Counted from the stretch's first letter, positions 8,778 through 17,184 are shown. The stretch is DNA of 64,000 nt from Parcubacteria group bacterium (GCA_041659685.1 JBAZXV010000001.1:178771-242770), one strand, 5' to 3'. The notes: a model not told the origin generated them from the letters alone. A program made the numbers and translations.

Positions 8778-11243
8778 CTATAGCAAATCATCAAGTCCCA
8801 CAGCGCAATCATCTCCTTTTCTTATGTCTCCGCCGATTAGCCTTTTGACTATCTTGTCGCCGATTTTATCCTGGATAAAACGATCGACGGATCTGGCTCC
8901 GAATTTGCGGTCAAAGCCCCTGTCGACAACATAGCTTGCGATTTCCGGATCGAACTGGATGTTAATGTTTTCTTCCTTTTTTAGGCGGGCGGCATATTTT
9001 TCGAGCTGTAGTTCGGTCACTTCCATTATTTCTTGTTTCAAAAGAGGATGGAAGAAAATAACTCCATCGAAACGATTGAGAAACTCCGGCCTGAAAATCC
9101 CCTCCTTAATAATATGATCAACCAGTTTCCCCTGAATCTCATCGGGGTTCATCCGGGCATCAACCGCTTCTTTTATGAAATCCGATCCGGCATTGGAGGT
9201 TGCGATAATTATCAAATTTCTGAAATTCACTTTTTTTCCGAAGGCGTCCGTAAGCCATCCTTCGTCAAGAATCTGCAAAAATAAGTTAAGGACATCCGGA
9301 TGAGCTTTTTCTATTTCATCAAGAAGCAGCAATGAGTATGGATTTTCCTTGACCTTATTGGTCATTTGTCCGCTCATATTTATTTCAACCGACCCGAGCA
9401 ATCGGTCAAGCGCTTCGGCTTTTTGATATTCGCTCATATCCAGGCGAATCATCCGGTTTTCGTCTCCGAAATAAGCTTCCGCCAGAGCTTTCGCTGATTC
9501 CGTTTTTCCGACGCCAGTAGGGCCCAAAAAAAGGAAACTGCCCATAGGCTTGGCGGCATTTGCCATGCCGACTCGCGCCCGCCGCATCGTTTCTGCAATT
9601 TGCTTTATGGCAAAATTCTGGCCGATTATCCGCTGATGGAGGATATCTTCAAGACTCAAGAGTTTTTCCTTTTCACCTTCCTGCATCTCGCCCAAGGGAA
9701 CTTTGAATTTTTTTGAGACCACTTCGGCAACTGTTTGCGGACTGATATGCTTTTCAGACGGTTTTTGCGACCAAAAAAGAAAAACTTCCTCCATAAGATC
9801 GAGTGCCTTTTCCGGAAAAGGAGAATCCGTAATGTATCGGTCCGAAAGCTTTACGATCTCCCTCAGAGCCTGGTAAGTGAATACAACCCTTTGCTCTTCA
9901 ATTTTTTTAAGGCCGAAAAGAAGCACTTCCATCGTCTGGTCGGCGCCTATTTCCTCAAGCTGAACTTTATCAAAATATTTGGTTATCCCCTCTTTTTTTT
10001 CTATATTTTCATGGAACTCGGCGGGAGTCGCCAGGCCGATTACTTGAAAAGTGGGAATGCTTAGGAATTCTCCAAGCACGTTTGAAATATCCTCGCCGGG
10101 ATTTTTTTGATTTGAAAGAAAGTGACGGCCGATATTATCAATAACCAAAATTATGTTTCCGGCATACGCCGCTTCAAAAAACATCGACCTCAAAATATCC
10201 TCGATTTGGTTCTGGTCGCTAAGGCCGGAGCACATTTCCCCCATATTGATTTCAAGAACTCTTTTTCCGATCAAATAAGGATTTGATTCCCCTTTTCTGA
10301 TTTTCCTCGCCAAAGAATGGACCAGAGTCCGCTTTCCGACGCCGGCTTCGCCGACAATAAAGGCGCTGTTCTGGCTGGGTCGGGTCAAAATCAGCTCCAA
10401 AAGTTCCATTTCCTGCGCCCGTCCGATTAATTTCGCGTTTTTATATTCCGTCAGATCGCCTTCTGAGAGGTCTGCCGCATACCTGTCCAGATGAACCGTG
10501 TAAGCGTAAGTCCAATACCGGCCAATAGGCAAAGTATTATAGAGGTTTTCTTTGATCCAAAACTTTTTCCTTTTTTCATTTTCCAGCCAGCGCATTGTCT
10601 CCCAATTGATAATTTTTTCAAATTCTTCCGTTGTGACATCGCATTCCCTCAGAATTTCTTTCAACGCATCCGGATCCGGCAAAGAACTTCGGTTGCCTCC
10701 CTCAAAGTCTTTTCCGATTCGCTGCCAGATCCTTGAAAACCATTTTTGCGAAATCAATTTTTCCAAACTGCCTGTCGTATTTTTTTTGGCGGCAGAAAAT
10801 GACCTCCAGGAAACAAGAGTAATGACAACCGCAACGGCGAAGGAAAAACCTTCAATAACAGCGGGAAAATACGACTTTGCGGGAACGGAATAAAAAAGCC
10901 CGACCCCTAAAAATAAAAAGAGCGGCAGGAAAAGCCACATAACCAAAATCATTAATCCCAAAACAAGAGTCGAAATTTCCGCCAACACTCCCAGGAGTAT
11001 GATAAAAGTTCTTACCGTCGCTCCTAAAAATCGGGTAATGAGATTCTCAAAGGCAGACTGCGCCAAAAGAAGCGGATGAAATCCCAGCCGCGAAACATGG
11101 GAAATATCTCTTCTCCAGGATGAAAACAATGTTCGAAAATGCCTGGAAACGCCGAAATACCACCAAAAAAATCCCAGATAATTTTTCCAAATATCCAAAA
11201 GTTTTCTTGTTCCTTGGAGATAATGCCAAGTGAGAAAATTCAT
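8778..11243 (-). CDS. membrane-anchored Clp/Hsp100-like double AAA+ ATPase
   Basis: Two Walker A motifs (GEAGVGKRT; GPTGVGKTESAKALA), a D2 Walker B (LLLLDEIEKAHPDV) and a ClpB/ClpC-like C-terminal D2-small domain. The N-terminal ~150 aa contain hydrophobic helices in place of a Clp N-domain. Start taken at MNFLTWHY (11243). Confidence 0.8.
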   Translation of the reverse strand: MNFLTWHYLQGTRKLLDIWKNYLGFFWWYFGVSRHFRTLFSSWRRDISHVSRLGFHPLLLAQSAFENLITRFLGATVRTFIILLGVLAEISTLVLGLMILVMWLFLPLFLFLGVGLFYSVPAKSYFPAVIEGFSFAVAVVITLVSWRSFSAAKKNTTGSLEKLISQKWFSRIWQRIGKDFEGGNRSSLPDPDALKEILRECDVTTEEFEKIINWETMRWLENEKRKKFWIKENLYNTLPIGRYWTYAYTVHLDRYAADLSEGDLTEYKNAKLIGRAQEMELLELILTRPSQNSAFIVGEAGVGKRTLVHSLARKIRKGESNPYLIGKRVLEINMGEMCSGLSDQNQIEDILRSMFFEAAYAGNIILVIDNIGRHFLSNQKNPGEDISNVLGEFLSIPTFQVIGLATPAEFHENIEKKEGITKYFDKVQLEEIGADQTMEVLLFGLKKIEEQRVVFTYQALREIVKLSDRYITDSPFPEKALDLMEEVFLFWSQKPSEKHISPQTVAEVVSKKFKVPLGEMQEGEKEKLLSLEDILHQRIIGQNFAIKQIAETMRRARVGMANAAKPMGSFLFLGPTGVGKTESAKALAEAYFGDENRMIRLDMSEYQKAEALDRLLGSVEINMSGQMTNKVKENPYSLLLLDEIEKAHPDVLNLFLQILDEGWLTDAFGKKVNFRNLIIIATSNAGSDFIKEAVDARMNPDEIQGKLVDHIIKEGIFRPEFLNRFDGVIFFHPLLKQEIMEVTELQLEKYAARLKKEENINIQFDPEIASYVVDRGFDRKFGARSVDRFIQDKIGDKIVKRLIGGDIRKGDDCAVGLDDLL

Positions 11244-11379
11244 TTTTATTTTTTTGATATATAAATATTTTAGCATAAATCAAGGGAAATAAAAACAACC
11301 CGGCAGACTGGTTGCTAGATCATTATACGATTAATTAATTTTACTAATCAGTTTCTATGCATATTGCTTAATTATCAAT

Positions 11380-11521
11380 TTTCCCTGTTCGATTGTGGGT
11401 GGAGAGGGATGCAAACATCGCTGCTGCGCTCCTTGAAACCCATCGGTTTCAATACTTCCGCCGCGGGAAAACTCCCGTTTTCCCGACCCCTTTCCCTGTT
11501 TGATTGTGGGTGGAGAGGGAT
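11380..11521. repeat. 31-nt direct duplication of the tRNA-Tyr 3' end/trailer bracketing an 80-nt insert
   Basis: tttccctgtt[c/t]gattgtgggtggagagggat occurs at 11380-11410 and 11491-11521 with one mismatch. The second copy overlaps the T-arm/acceptor 3' half of tRNA-Tyr. Confidence 0.85.
11405..11491 (-). ncRNA. candidate structured RNA / miniature element, copy 1
   Basis: On the minus strand there is a closing helix AGGGGT/ATCCCT. Hairpin 1 is GGGAAAAC-GGGA-GTTTTCCC (GNRA loop) and hairpin 2 is TTGAAACC-GATG-GGTTTCAA. A homologous copy lies at 23823-23911. Confidence 0.45.
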
Positions 11522-11589
11522 TCGAACCCCCGTAGCCCGAAGGCGCCAGATTTACAGTCTGGTACAATTGACCGCTCTGTCATCCACCC
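11507..11589 (-). tRNA. tRNA-Tyr (anticodon GTA), long variable arm, no encoded CCA
   Basis: Hand-folded cloverleaf: acceptor GGGTGGA/TCCACCC, anticodon stem CCAGA/TCTGG with loop CTGTAAA, variable arm GCGCCTTCGGGCTAC and T-arm GGGGG-TTCGAAT-CCCTC. Confidence 0.9.
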
Positions 11590-11602
11590 ATGTTCAATTT
11601 TG

Positions 11603-11675
11603 AGCCATCCATCGGAGTCGAACCGATAACCTACTGTTTACAAAACAGTTGCTCTGCCAATTGAGCTAGGATGGC
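11603..11675 (-). tRNA. tRNA-Thr (anticodon TGT), no encoded CCA
   Basis: Hand-folded cloverleaf: acceptor GCCATCC/GGATGGC, D-arm GCTC-AATTGGCA-GAGC, anticodon stem ACTGT/ACAGT with loop TTTGTAA, and T-arm ATCGG-TTCGACT-CCGAT. Confidence 0.9.
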
Positions 11676-11749
11676 GTTCTGGTGCAGGTGAACAAAACCG
11701 TTGTTCTGGCTGTGCGCCTCCGGCAGAAGCTACGCTGAATTTTTGTTTT

Positions 11750-12469
11750 TCAGTTCCCCAGCCTCATCCGCATTTCAATTTCTTTCAAGCTTGTTTTGGC
11801 CTTCAGATCCCTTGGACGCAGCCTAAGCACCATCTTAAAGGACTCTTTTGAGTCTTTTATGTTTCCGATCATCAAATAGTAGTCGCCCAGGTCCCGATAA
11901 GCTTCAATATCCTTGGGATTTTCCGCAATCCGATGGATCAATGCTTCTTCAACCACCTTATCCTCCGGAGCAGGCTCTTCTTTTATTATTGCAGGCGGAA
12001 TTTCGGGTTTTTTCCGAACCACCACTCCGGGAGCCAGTGTTTCGGGCTTTTTGGCTTCTCTTATTGATATATCGATATTTTCATCTTCGCTTACAAATGA
12101 AATATCGCTTTCCGTGAGATCAGGAGTTTTTATCTCTTCTCCGGGAAATAATACCTCTTCCCGGTTTTTCTTCCCGGTCCTTCTTTCCTTGATCTGCCGA
12201 AGCCAGTGGTTCAAGGCCTCTTCAGACTTTCTAAATGCAACCCTTATGTAATATAAAAGCGTCTCGAGTGTTCTTAATATGCCTTGGCCGATCATCTTGA
12301 ATCGTTCGCCTTTGTTTTTTTGGCCCGGAAAAGCTTCGGCCTGCGATTTTAAAGGCCTCTGCGCTTCAAATTTTTTAATAGCCGCCGTTTTCTTGCCCAA
12401 GACAACAGTCAGTCCGATAAGGGCGGCCAGTAGTATTATAGGCGGAACATAAAGCCAAATTGCGCTCAT
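11750..12469 (-). CDS. hypothetical membrane-anchored protein with C-terminal TPR-like repeat
   Basis: N-terminal TM helix (IWLYVPPIILLAALIGLTVVLG), a charged linker and a C-terminal AYRDLGDYYLMIGNIKDSKESFKMVLRLRP TPR-like segment. It overlaps the upstream gene by 4 nt. Confidence 0.5.
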   Translation of the reverse strand: MSAIWLYVPPIILLAALIGLTVVLGKKTAAIKKFEAQRPLKSQAEAFPGQKNKGERFKMIGQGILRTLETLLYYIRVAFRKSEEALNHWLRQIKERRTGKKNREEVLFPGEEIKTPDLTESDISFVSEDENIDISIREAKKPETLAPGVVVRKKPEIPPAIIKEEPAPEDKVVEEALIHRIAENPKDIEAYRDLGDYYLMIGNIKDSKESFKMVLRLRPRDLKAKTSLKEIEMRMRLGN

Positions 12470-13263
12470 GACAGGTCGCTTTTTTTAATAATTACGAAAT
12501 TTCTTCCCTCCAACTCAACCTTAATCTCATCTGATAAAACATTCACCTCTTTGATTATTCCCGTCTCGCCCTTCACTTTAATTTTCGTTCCAATCGGCGG
12601 ATACTCTTCAAGCATTTCCCTGTATTGATCGGCCTCATACGCCAGACAGCACATCAGCCTTCCGCATACGCCTGAAATCCTCTCTGAACCCCGATGGGCA
12701 ATATGCTGAACTTTTGCCATCTCAGAGGTTATGCTTGGCAATCCACCCTTGAATTTTGCACAGCAAAGTTCCCTTCCGCATATCCCATATCCGCCGCATT
12801 GCCGGCTTTCGTCCCGCGCGCCGATTTGATACAGTCTTATGGATCTTTGAAATTTTTTGGCAAGATTTTTTACCAATTCCCGAAAATCAATTCTACCGTC
12901 AGCGATAAATGCAACCGTTATGCTTCCCCCGTCAAACGAGAGTCCGGCATCGACTATTTTCATCGGAAGATCGGTTTTTTTCGCTTCTTTCCGGCACACT
13001 TCCGCCACTTCCTTTTCTTTCTTGCGATGTTCCTTGATTATTTTCAAATCGTTTAAATTGGCTTTGCGCACGATTTTGATGCCGTTTTCCGCCGATACTT
13101 CCGCCGGATTTTCATTTCCTCCGGGAACACTTTCCTCGACAATTGCCGCCTCCAAGCCGTTGGAATTCTCAATAATAACCACGTCTCCCTTAGAGAATTG
13201 ATGGGCGCTGGCGATATTTATTGAATTTTCCCAACTTCGTATTTTTAAAAATATTGTATTCAT
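12466..13263 (-). CDS. PSP1 domain protein (YaaT/RicT-like)
   Basis: 265-aa ORF with the Cys-rich PSP1 C-terminal pattern (CGGYGICGRELCCAKF ... GVCGRLMCCLAYE). Confidence 0.75.
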   Translation of the reverse strand: MNTIFLKIRSWENSINIASAHQFSKGDVVIIENSNGLEAAIVEESVPGGNENPAEVSAENGIKIVRKANLNDLKIIKEHRKKEKEVAEVCRKEAKKTDLPMKIVDAGLSFDGGSITVAFIADGRIDFRELVKNLAKKFQRSIRLYQIGARDESRQCGGYGICGRELCCAKFKGGLPSITSEMAKVQHIAHRGSERISGVCGRLMCCLAYEADQYREMLEEYPPIGTKIKVKGETGIIKEVNVLSDEIKVELEGRNFVIIKKSDLS

Positions 13264-13317
13264 TTGGCAATTGGCATAAAAATCATTCCCTAAAACATAC
13301 TTCTTCCGCGCATTAGT

Positions 13318-13917
13318 CTAGATCTCGAACCGTTCAATCCTTCCAATCTGGATATTTTCGCCAATTTTTGCGATTTTTTCTTTTATCAGATCCTCGATTG
13401 TCATTTCATTATTCTTTACAAAGGGCTGACTCATGAGAGAAATTTCCGCAAAATGCTTTTTAATTTTTCCTTCAACAATTTTCTCGATTATGTCCGCCGG
13501 CTTCTTCTCTCCCGAAACCTCTTCCCGGACGATTTTTTCATATTCATCCAGGTCATTCTTCTCTATCTTTTTGATCGAAACATACCTTGGCGCCATTGCC
13601 GCAACATGCATTGCAATATCATAAGCCAATTCCTGAAATTCTGAATTTTTAGCCACAAAATCGGTTTCGCAGCGGAGTTCCACCATTGAACCCACTTTTT
13701 TATTGCTGTGTATGTAGGAAGCGATTACCCCTTCCCCTGTCTGTCTTTCCGATTTTTTTCCGGCTTTTTCTTTCCCGCTTTGTCGCAGGTATTTTATGGC
13801 CTCTTCAAGATTTCCTCCCGATTTTTCGAGAGCCTTCTTGCATTCCATGATGCTGGCGCCGGTCTGCTCGCGAAGTTTTTTAACGTCTTCGGCGGAAATA
13901 TTTTTTTTATCCGTCAT
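13318..13917 (-). CDS. tsf: translation elongation factor Ts (short form)
   Basis: N-terminal UBA-like VKKLREQTGASIMECKKALEKSGGNLEEAIKYLR, then GSMVELRCETDFVAKN. It lies downstream of rpsB as in the canonical rpsB-tsf pair. Confidence 0.9.
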   Translation of the reverse strand: MTDKKNISAEDVKKLREQTGASIMECKKALEKSGGNLEEAIKYLRQSGKEKAGKKSERQTGEGVIASYIHSNKKVGSMVELRCETDFVAKNSEFQELAYDIAMHVAAMAPRYVSIKKIEKNDLDEYEKIVREEVSGEKKPADIIEKIVEGKIKKHFAEISLMSQPFVKNNEMTIEDLIKEKIAKIGENIQIGRIERFEI

Positions 13918-13953
13918 AATGCTGAAAATTTAATTTTATTTGCTCGAGATATC

Positions 13954-14775
13954 TTAACGGCTTTTTTCCGCTTGCGGTTTCACATTGACGCTCTTTTCCG
14001 GACTTTTCTTGATCTCTGATTTTGCCTCTTTTATGTTCTTCACAATAAGCCCTAAGATATACTTCAATGAAGAAAGCGCGTCGTCATTGGCCGGAATGGG
14101 AAAATCCACTTGAGTCGGATCAGTATTGGTATCGACTATCCCAACCACGGGAACTTTCGCCTTTTTTGCCTCTTTTACGGCCAGATTATTTTCTTTGATA
14201 TCAATGACAAACAGCGCCTGAGGATGGTTATCGATCTTTTTTATTCCTCCGATTTTTTCGTTCATCCGCTCCATTTCCTTTTTCATTTGGCTTTGTTCGT
14301 ATTTTGTATATTTATCAAGTTCTCCCTGAGCCATTTTCTTCTCCTGTTCATTCAAATACTTGATCCTTTTTTTTATTTCCGGAAAATTTGTGAGTGTTCC
14401 CCCGAGCCATCTCTTGGAAACAAAAGGCATTTCGGCTTCCCTTGCTGCTGTTTCCACCAACCTCTGAGCTTGCGGTTTGGTTCCGACAATCATTATCTTT
14501 CCGCCATTTTGGACCAAGCCTCTGATATAATTCAGCGCTTCCCGAAACAGTCCTTCTGTTTTTTCGAGATCGATTATATGGATGTCGTTCCGGCTGCCGA
14601 ATATGTATTTTTCCATTTTCGGGTTCCAACGGGATTTTTTATGGCCAAAATGCACCCCTCGTTTGAGCATTTCTTCGACCGAAAGTTTGAGATCTTCGTA
14701 CATAAAATCAGCCCCGGAAACCTGGCTGTTTTCTGACGTCGAGCCTGTATTAGGCTTGTTTTCCTCTTTTTTCAT
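13954..14775 (-). CDS. rpsB: 30S ribosomal protein S2
   Basis: GVHFGHKKSRWNPKM, GGKIMIVGTKPQA, RWLGGTLTNF and VDTNTDP motifs. Confidence 0.95.
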   Translation of the reverse strand: MKKEENKPNTGSTSENSQVSGADFMYEDLKLSVEEMLKRGVHFGHKKSRWNPKMEKYIFGSRNDIHIIDLEKTEGLFREALNYIRGLVQNGGKIMIVGTKPQAQRLVETAAREAEMPFVSKRWLGGTLTNFPEIKKRIKYLNEQEKKMAQGELDKYTKYEQSQMKKEMERMNEKIGGIKKIDNHPQALFVIDIKENNLAVKEAKKAKVPVVGIVDTNTDPTQVDFPIPANDDALSSLKYILGLIVKNIKEAKSEIKKSPEKSVNVKPQAEKSR

Positions 14776-14992
14776 GATAATTTCCTTTAATTATTACGGC
14801 TACTTCCTTCATTGCGGCTTTTGGACCCGATTTGGATAAGTCCGCGTCGGGGCAAGGAAAAACCGCTCTGGAAGTATGATATTTGCCGCACCAGTGTTTT
14901 TCAAAACGGGAAATAGCGCCTTGTCAATACGATAAATCGCATCAAACAATTGCGGAAACTCCCTGTTTTTAGTGCGGTATTTAACGTTATTG

Positions 14993-15021
14993 ATATTAGC
15001 ACCCGCCGAAAGACTTGTCAA
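14993..15021 (-). promoter_or_regulatory. candidate sigma70-type promoter for rpsB-tsf
   Basis: On the minus strand, TTGACA (15021-15016), a 17-nt spacer and TAATAT (14998-14993). This implies a ~200-nt leader. Confidence 0.4.
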
Positions 15022-15043
15022 TTTAGGACAATAATGCTATCAT
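15015..15043 (+). promoter_or_regulatory. candidate promoter for rpmE, -35 overlapping the divergent rpsB -35
   Basis: TTGTCA (15015-15020), a 17-nt spacer, then TGc-TATCAT (15038-15043, extended -10). Confidence 0.4.
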
Positions 15044-15176
15044 AGCTTAGAAATATGGATTCCATATGAATATATGAAAGTTTTTATCGTTTTTAAAAAT
15101 TTCATTCGTGTATTCATATTTTCAGCCCTGGGCTGATATCCGCCTTGAGCGGAGATTAATAATTCTTCAATAAATC

Positions 15177-15527
15177 ATGAAAAAAGATATCCACCCAAAA
15201 TATTATCCGGAAGCGAAAATAATTTGCGCTTGCGGAAATATAATTGTCACCGGATCAACCCGGCCAGAAATGAAAGTCGAGGTTTGCTCGGCTTGCCATC
15301 CTTTTTATACCGGAAAAAAACGGCTTGTCGATGCGACTGGACAGCTTGACCGTTTCAAGAAACGCTTTGAAAAATCGGAAAAAATAAAGGCTGAGAAGGT
15401 GAAAAGAGCCGAAGATGCAAAGAAAAAATCGAAGGCCGCCAAAGCCGGGAAAGCTAAGACGGAAAAACCAGCAAAGACGCCCAAAAAGAAGCCGGCCGTA
15501 AAAAAGACTCCGCCGAAGAAAAAATAA
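15177..15527 (+). CDS. rpmE: 50S ribosomal protein L31 with Lys/Ala/Pro-rich C-terminal extension
   Basis: [10 protein letters not shown] ... [11 protein letters not shown] core, followed by a ~50-aa basic tail. Confidence 0.9.
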   Translation: MKKDIHPKYYPEAKIICACGNIIVTGSTRPEMKVEVCSACHPFYTGKKRLVDATGQLDRFKKRFEKSEKIKAEKVKRAEDAKKKSKAAKAGKAKTEKPAKTPKKKPAVKKTPPKKK

Positions 15528-15546
15528 TAACTTTGATATATTGCAT

Positions 15547-15575
15547 AAAAACCCGCCTCAGGCGGGTTTTTCTTT
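15547..15575 (+). terminator. rho-independent terminator of rpmE
   Basis: CCCGCC-TCA-GGCGGG stem-loop flanked by an A-run and a T-run. Confidence 0.7.
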
Positions 15576-15728
15576 CTTTGCAGTCGCGTGAAAAACTCAG
15601 CAATCCGTCCGAAAAAAAGATACACCTTATAAAATATGATTATTATTCAGAAAGAAATATTTTCTTTTTTTGAGTGTATTGGGGTATATAGCAAATTGTT
15701 TCAAATGAAAACAATAAGGAGGAGCCTT

Positions 15729-15926
15729 ATGCCTAAAGTTAAAATGGAAATGAAAGGCTGTACGGATTGTCAAAGTTTTCGATACACATTGGACGAAGGA
15801 AGCGTCTGCCTAAAGGTTGGGCTTGCGCGAATGCTGCAGGAAAAATTGTGGCACCAGTATAATCAAGATTTTCACGCGAACAAGCTCTTCGAATCGATTC
15901 CGGATTGGTGTCCGATCAGGCTATAG
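15729..15926 (+). CDS. small Cys-containing hypothetical protein (65 aa)
   Basis: ATG at 15729 lies 7 nt after AGGAGG. The protein has C-x2-C plus two distal Cys (CTDC ... C ... C), and a perfect 26-nt palindrome follows the gene. Confidence 0.45.
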   Translation: MPKVKMEMKGCTDCQSFRYTLDEGSVCLKVGLARMLQEKLWHQYNQDFHANKLFESIPDWCPIRL

Positions 15927-15947
15927 CGCAATTTTAGGTTCCCGTCT

Positions 15948-15973
15948 CAACCGGCTGGCATGCCAGCCGGTTG
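15948..15973. terminator. perfect 13+13 palindrome between convergent genes
   Basis: CAACCGGCTGGCA|TGCCAGCCGGTTG. Confidence 0.5.
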
Positions 15974-15977
15974 CAAT

Positions 15978-16232
15978 TTATTTATAAATAAATTTTGCGG
16001 CAATCAGCGCCCCTGCCAAAACAAGTTCCACCGTATTGGTAATAATCAGCGGCATTTCGTTGATCCCAAATGCATAAATTTGAAACAAAACCAATCCGAA
16101 AATATAAATTACATTCCAAAGAAGTGAAATGTCGGCGGTGGATTTTGTTTTCCAGGCTTTTGAGACCTGCGGCGCAAGCGAAACCGCGATTATGAATCCG
16201 GCGAGATAGCCCGTGAGTTGAATCGAGTTCAT
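15978..16232 (-). CDS. SemiSWEET / PQ-loop family transporter (84 aa, 3 TM)
   Basis: Three hydrophobic helices and a PQ motif (SLAPQVSKAWKTKS). The size is typical of bacterial SemiSWEETs. Confidence 0.7.
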   Translation of the reverse strand: MNSIQLTGYLAGFIIAVSLAPQVSKAWKTKSTADISLLWNVIYIFGLVLFQIYAFGINEMPLIITNTVELVLAGALIAAKFIYK

Positions 16233-16234
16233 TT

Positions 16235-16765
16235 TTATATTTTTAAATCAATAATTTCAGCTTTTTTTGTTGCGGTATCATAGAGAGCGACCGTGGCAGG
16301 CTGGATTCCTGTTTCTGCCATATATCCGATGAGGGATCCGGGGTTTACGACCAACGTTTTTCCTTTTTGTCCGATAAGCGGCTTGTGGGTATGGCCAAGA
16401 CACAAAACGTCAAACATCTGCGACTCTGTCAGACAAGCATTCATATTCTCATCGTCGCCATGGAAAACTCCGAAACGGATTCCTTCGATCGAAAATTCAA
16501 GGAAGCGGGACGACAAACTCAAATCCAAATCTTTCAACATCTCAATATTCTGCAATTGATAAAGATATTTCTGAATATCCGGATCGCCATTTCCCATAAC
16601 GCCCCTAATCGGGCATTTCAGCGCCAAATACGCCCTCAATGAGAATGGCGCGTCCCAATCGCCGCAATGAACGAGAAGGCTGATTTTTTCTTTGTTGAAA
16701 AATTCAATGGCCTTTTGAAGATGCCGCAAATTGTCATGCACGTCCGAAATTATGCCTATTTTCAT
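16235..16765 (-). CDS. metallophosphoesterase, YfcE/MJ0936 family
   Basis: ISDVHDN, HCGDW and GHTH motifs in a 176-aa protein. Confidence 0.75.
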   Translation of the reverse strand: MKIGIISDVHDNLRHLQKAIEFFNKEKISLLVHCGDWDAPFSLRAYLALKCPIRGVMGNGDPDIQKYLYQLQNIEMLKDLDLSLSSRFLEFSIEGIRFGVFHGDDENMNACLTESQMFDVLCLGHTHKPLIGQKGKTLVVNPGSLIGYMAETGIQPATVALYDTATKKAEIIDLKI

Positions 16766-16794
16766 TTTTTTCTAAAATTAGATGTTAGTAAATA

Positions 16795-17184
16795 CTAGAT
16801 TTCCTGCAATAATTTCTCCAACTCGCATTCGGCGAAATTGACGGAGGCGTGGTCGAATTGGTTTTTTAAAAAAACGGAGGCTTGAAATCTCTTGAGAGCC
16901 GTTTTTATGAATTCTCTCAATGTGTCAATATTATCTGGATAATCGGCTCTTAGTAAAACAACAATCACACGCCCGATTAATTCCGTTTTCTTGAGGTATA
17001 CGCTGACGACAAGTTGGACCGCTTCTCCCTGCTTTTGATAGGGCATCAGTTCAAGAAAATCCTTATGTTTCTCCGCGACTATTTCAATCTGCTTCTTGAG
17101 AGGCAGGAATCCGAAGTCCAGAAAATCATCATTCTTCGGCCGGTCGCTTGTCAATTCAATTTCACCGATGAAATATTCGGACAT
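16795..17184 (-). CDS. hypothetical protein (129 aa)
   Basis: ORF whose start overlaps the upstream stop (TAATG), so it is translationally coupled to the kinase-like gene. No motif recognised. Confidence 0.5.
   Translation of the reverse strand: MSEYFIGEIELTSDRPKNDDFLDFGFLPLKKQIEIVAEKHKDFLELMPYQKQGEAVQLVVSVYLKKTELIGRVIVVLLRADYPDNIDTLREFIKTALKRFQASVFLKNQFDHASVNFAECELEKLLQEI

Noticed and set aside
11355-11603. ORFs 11355-11567 (-) and 11364-11603 (+).
   Set aside because: They overlap tRNA-Tyr and the hairpin element, and the repeated peptide (SPPTI.QGK) merely reflects the 31-nt DNA duplication.
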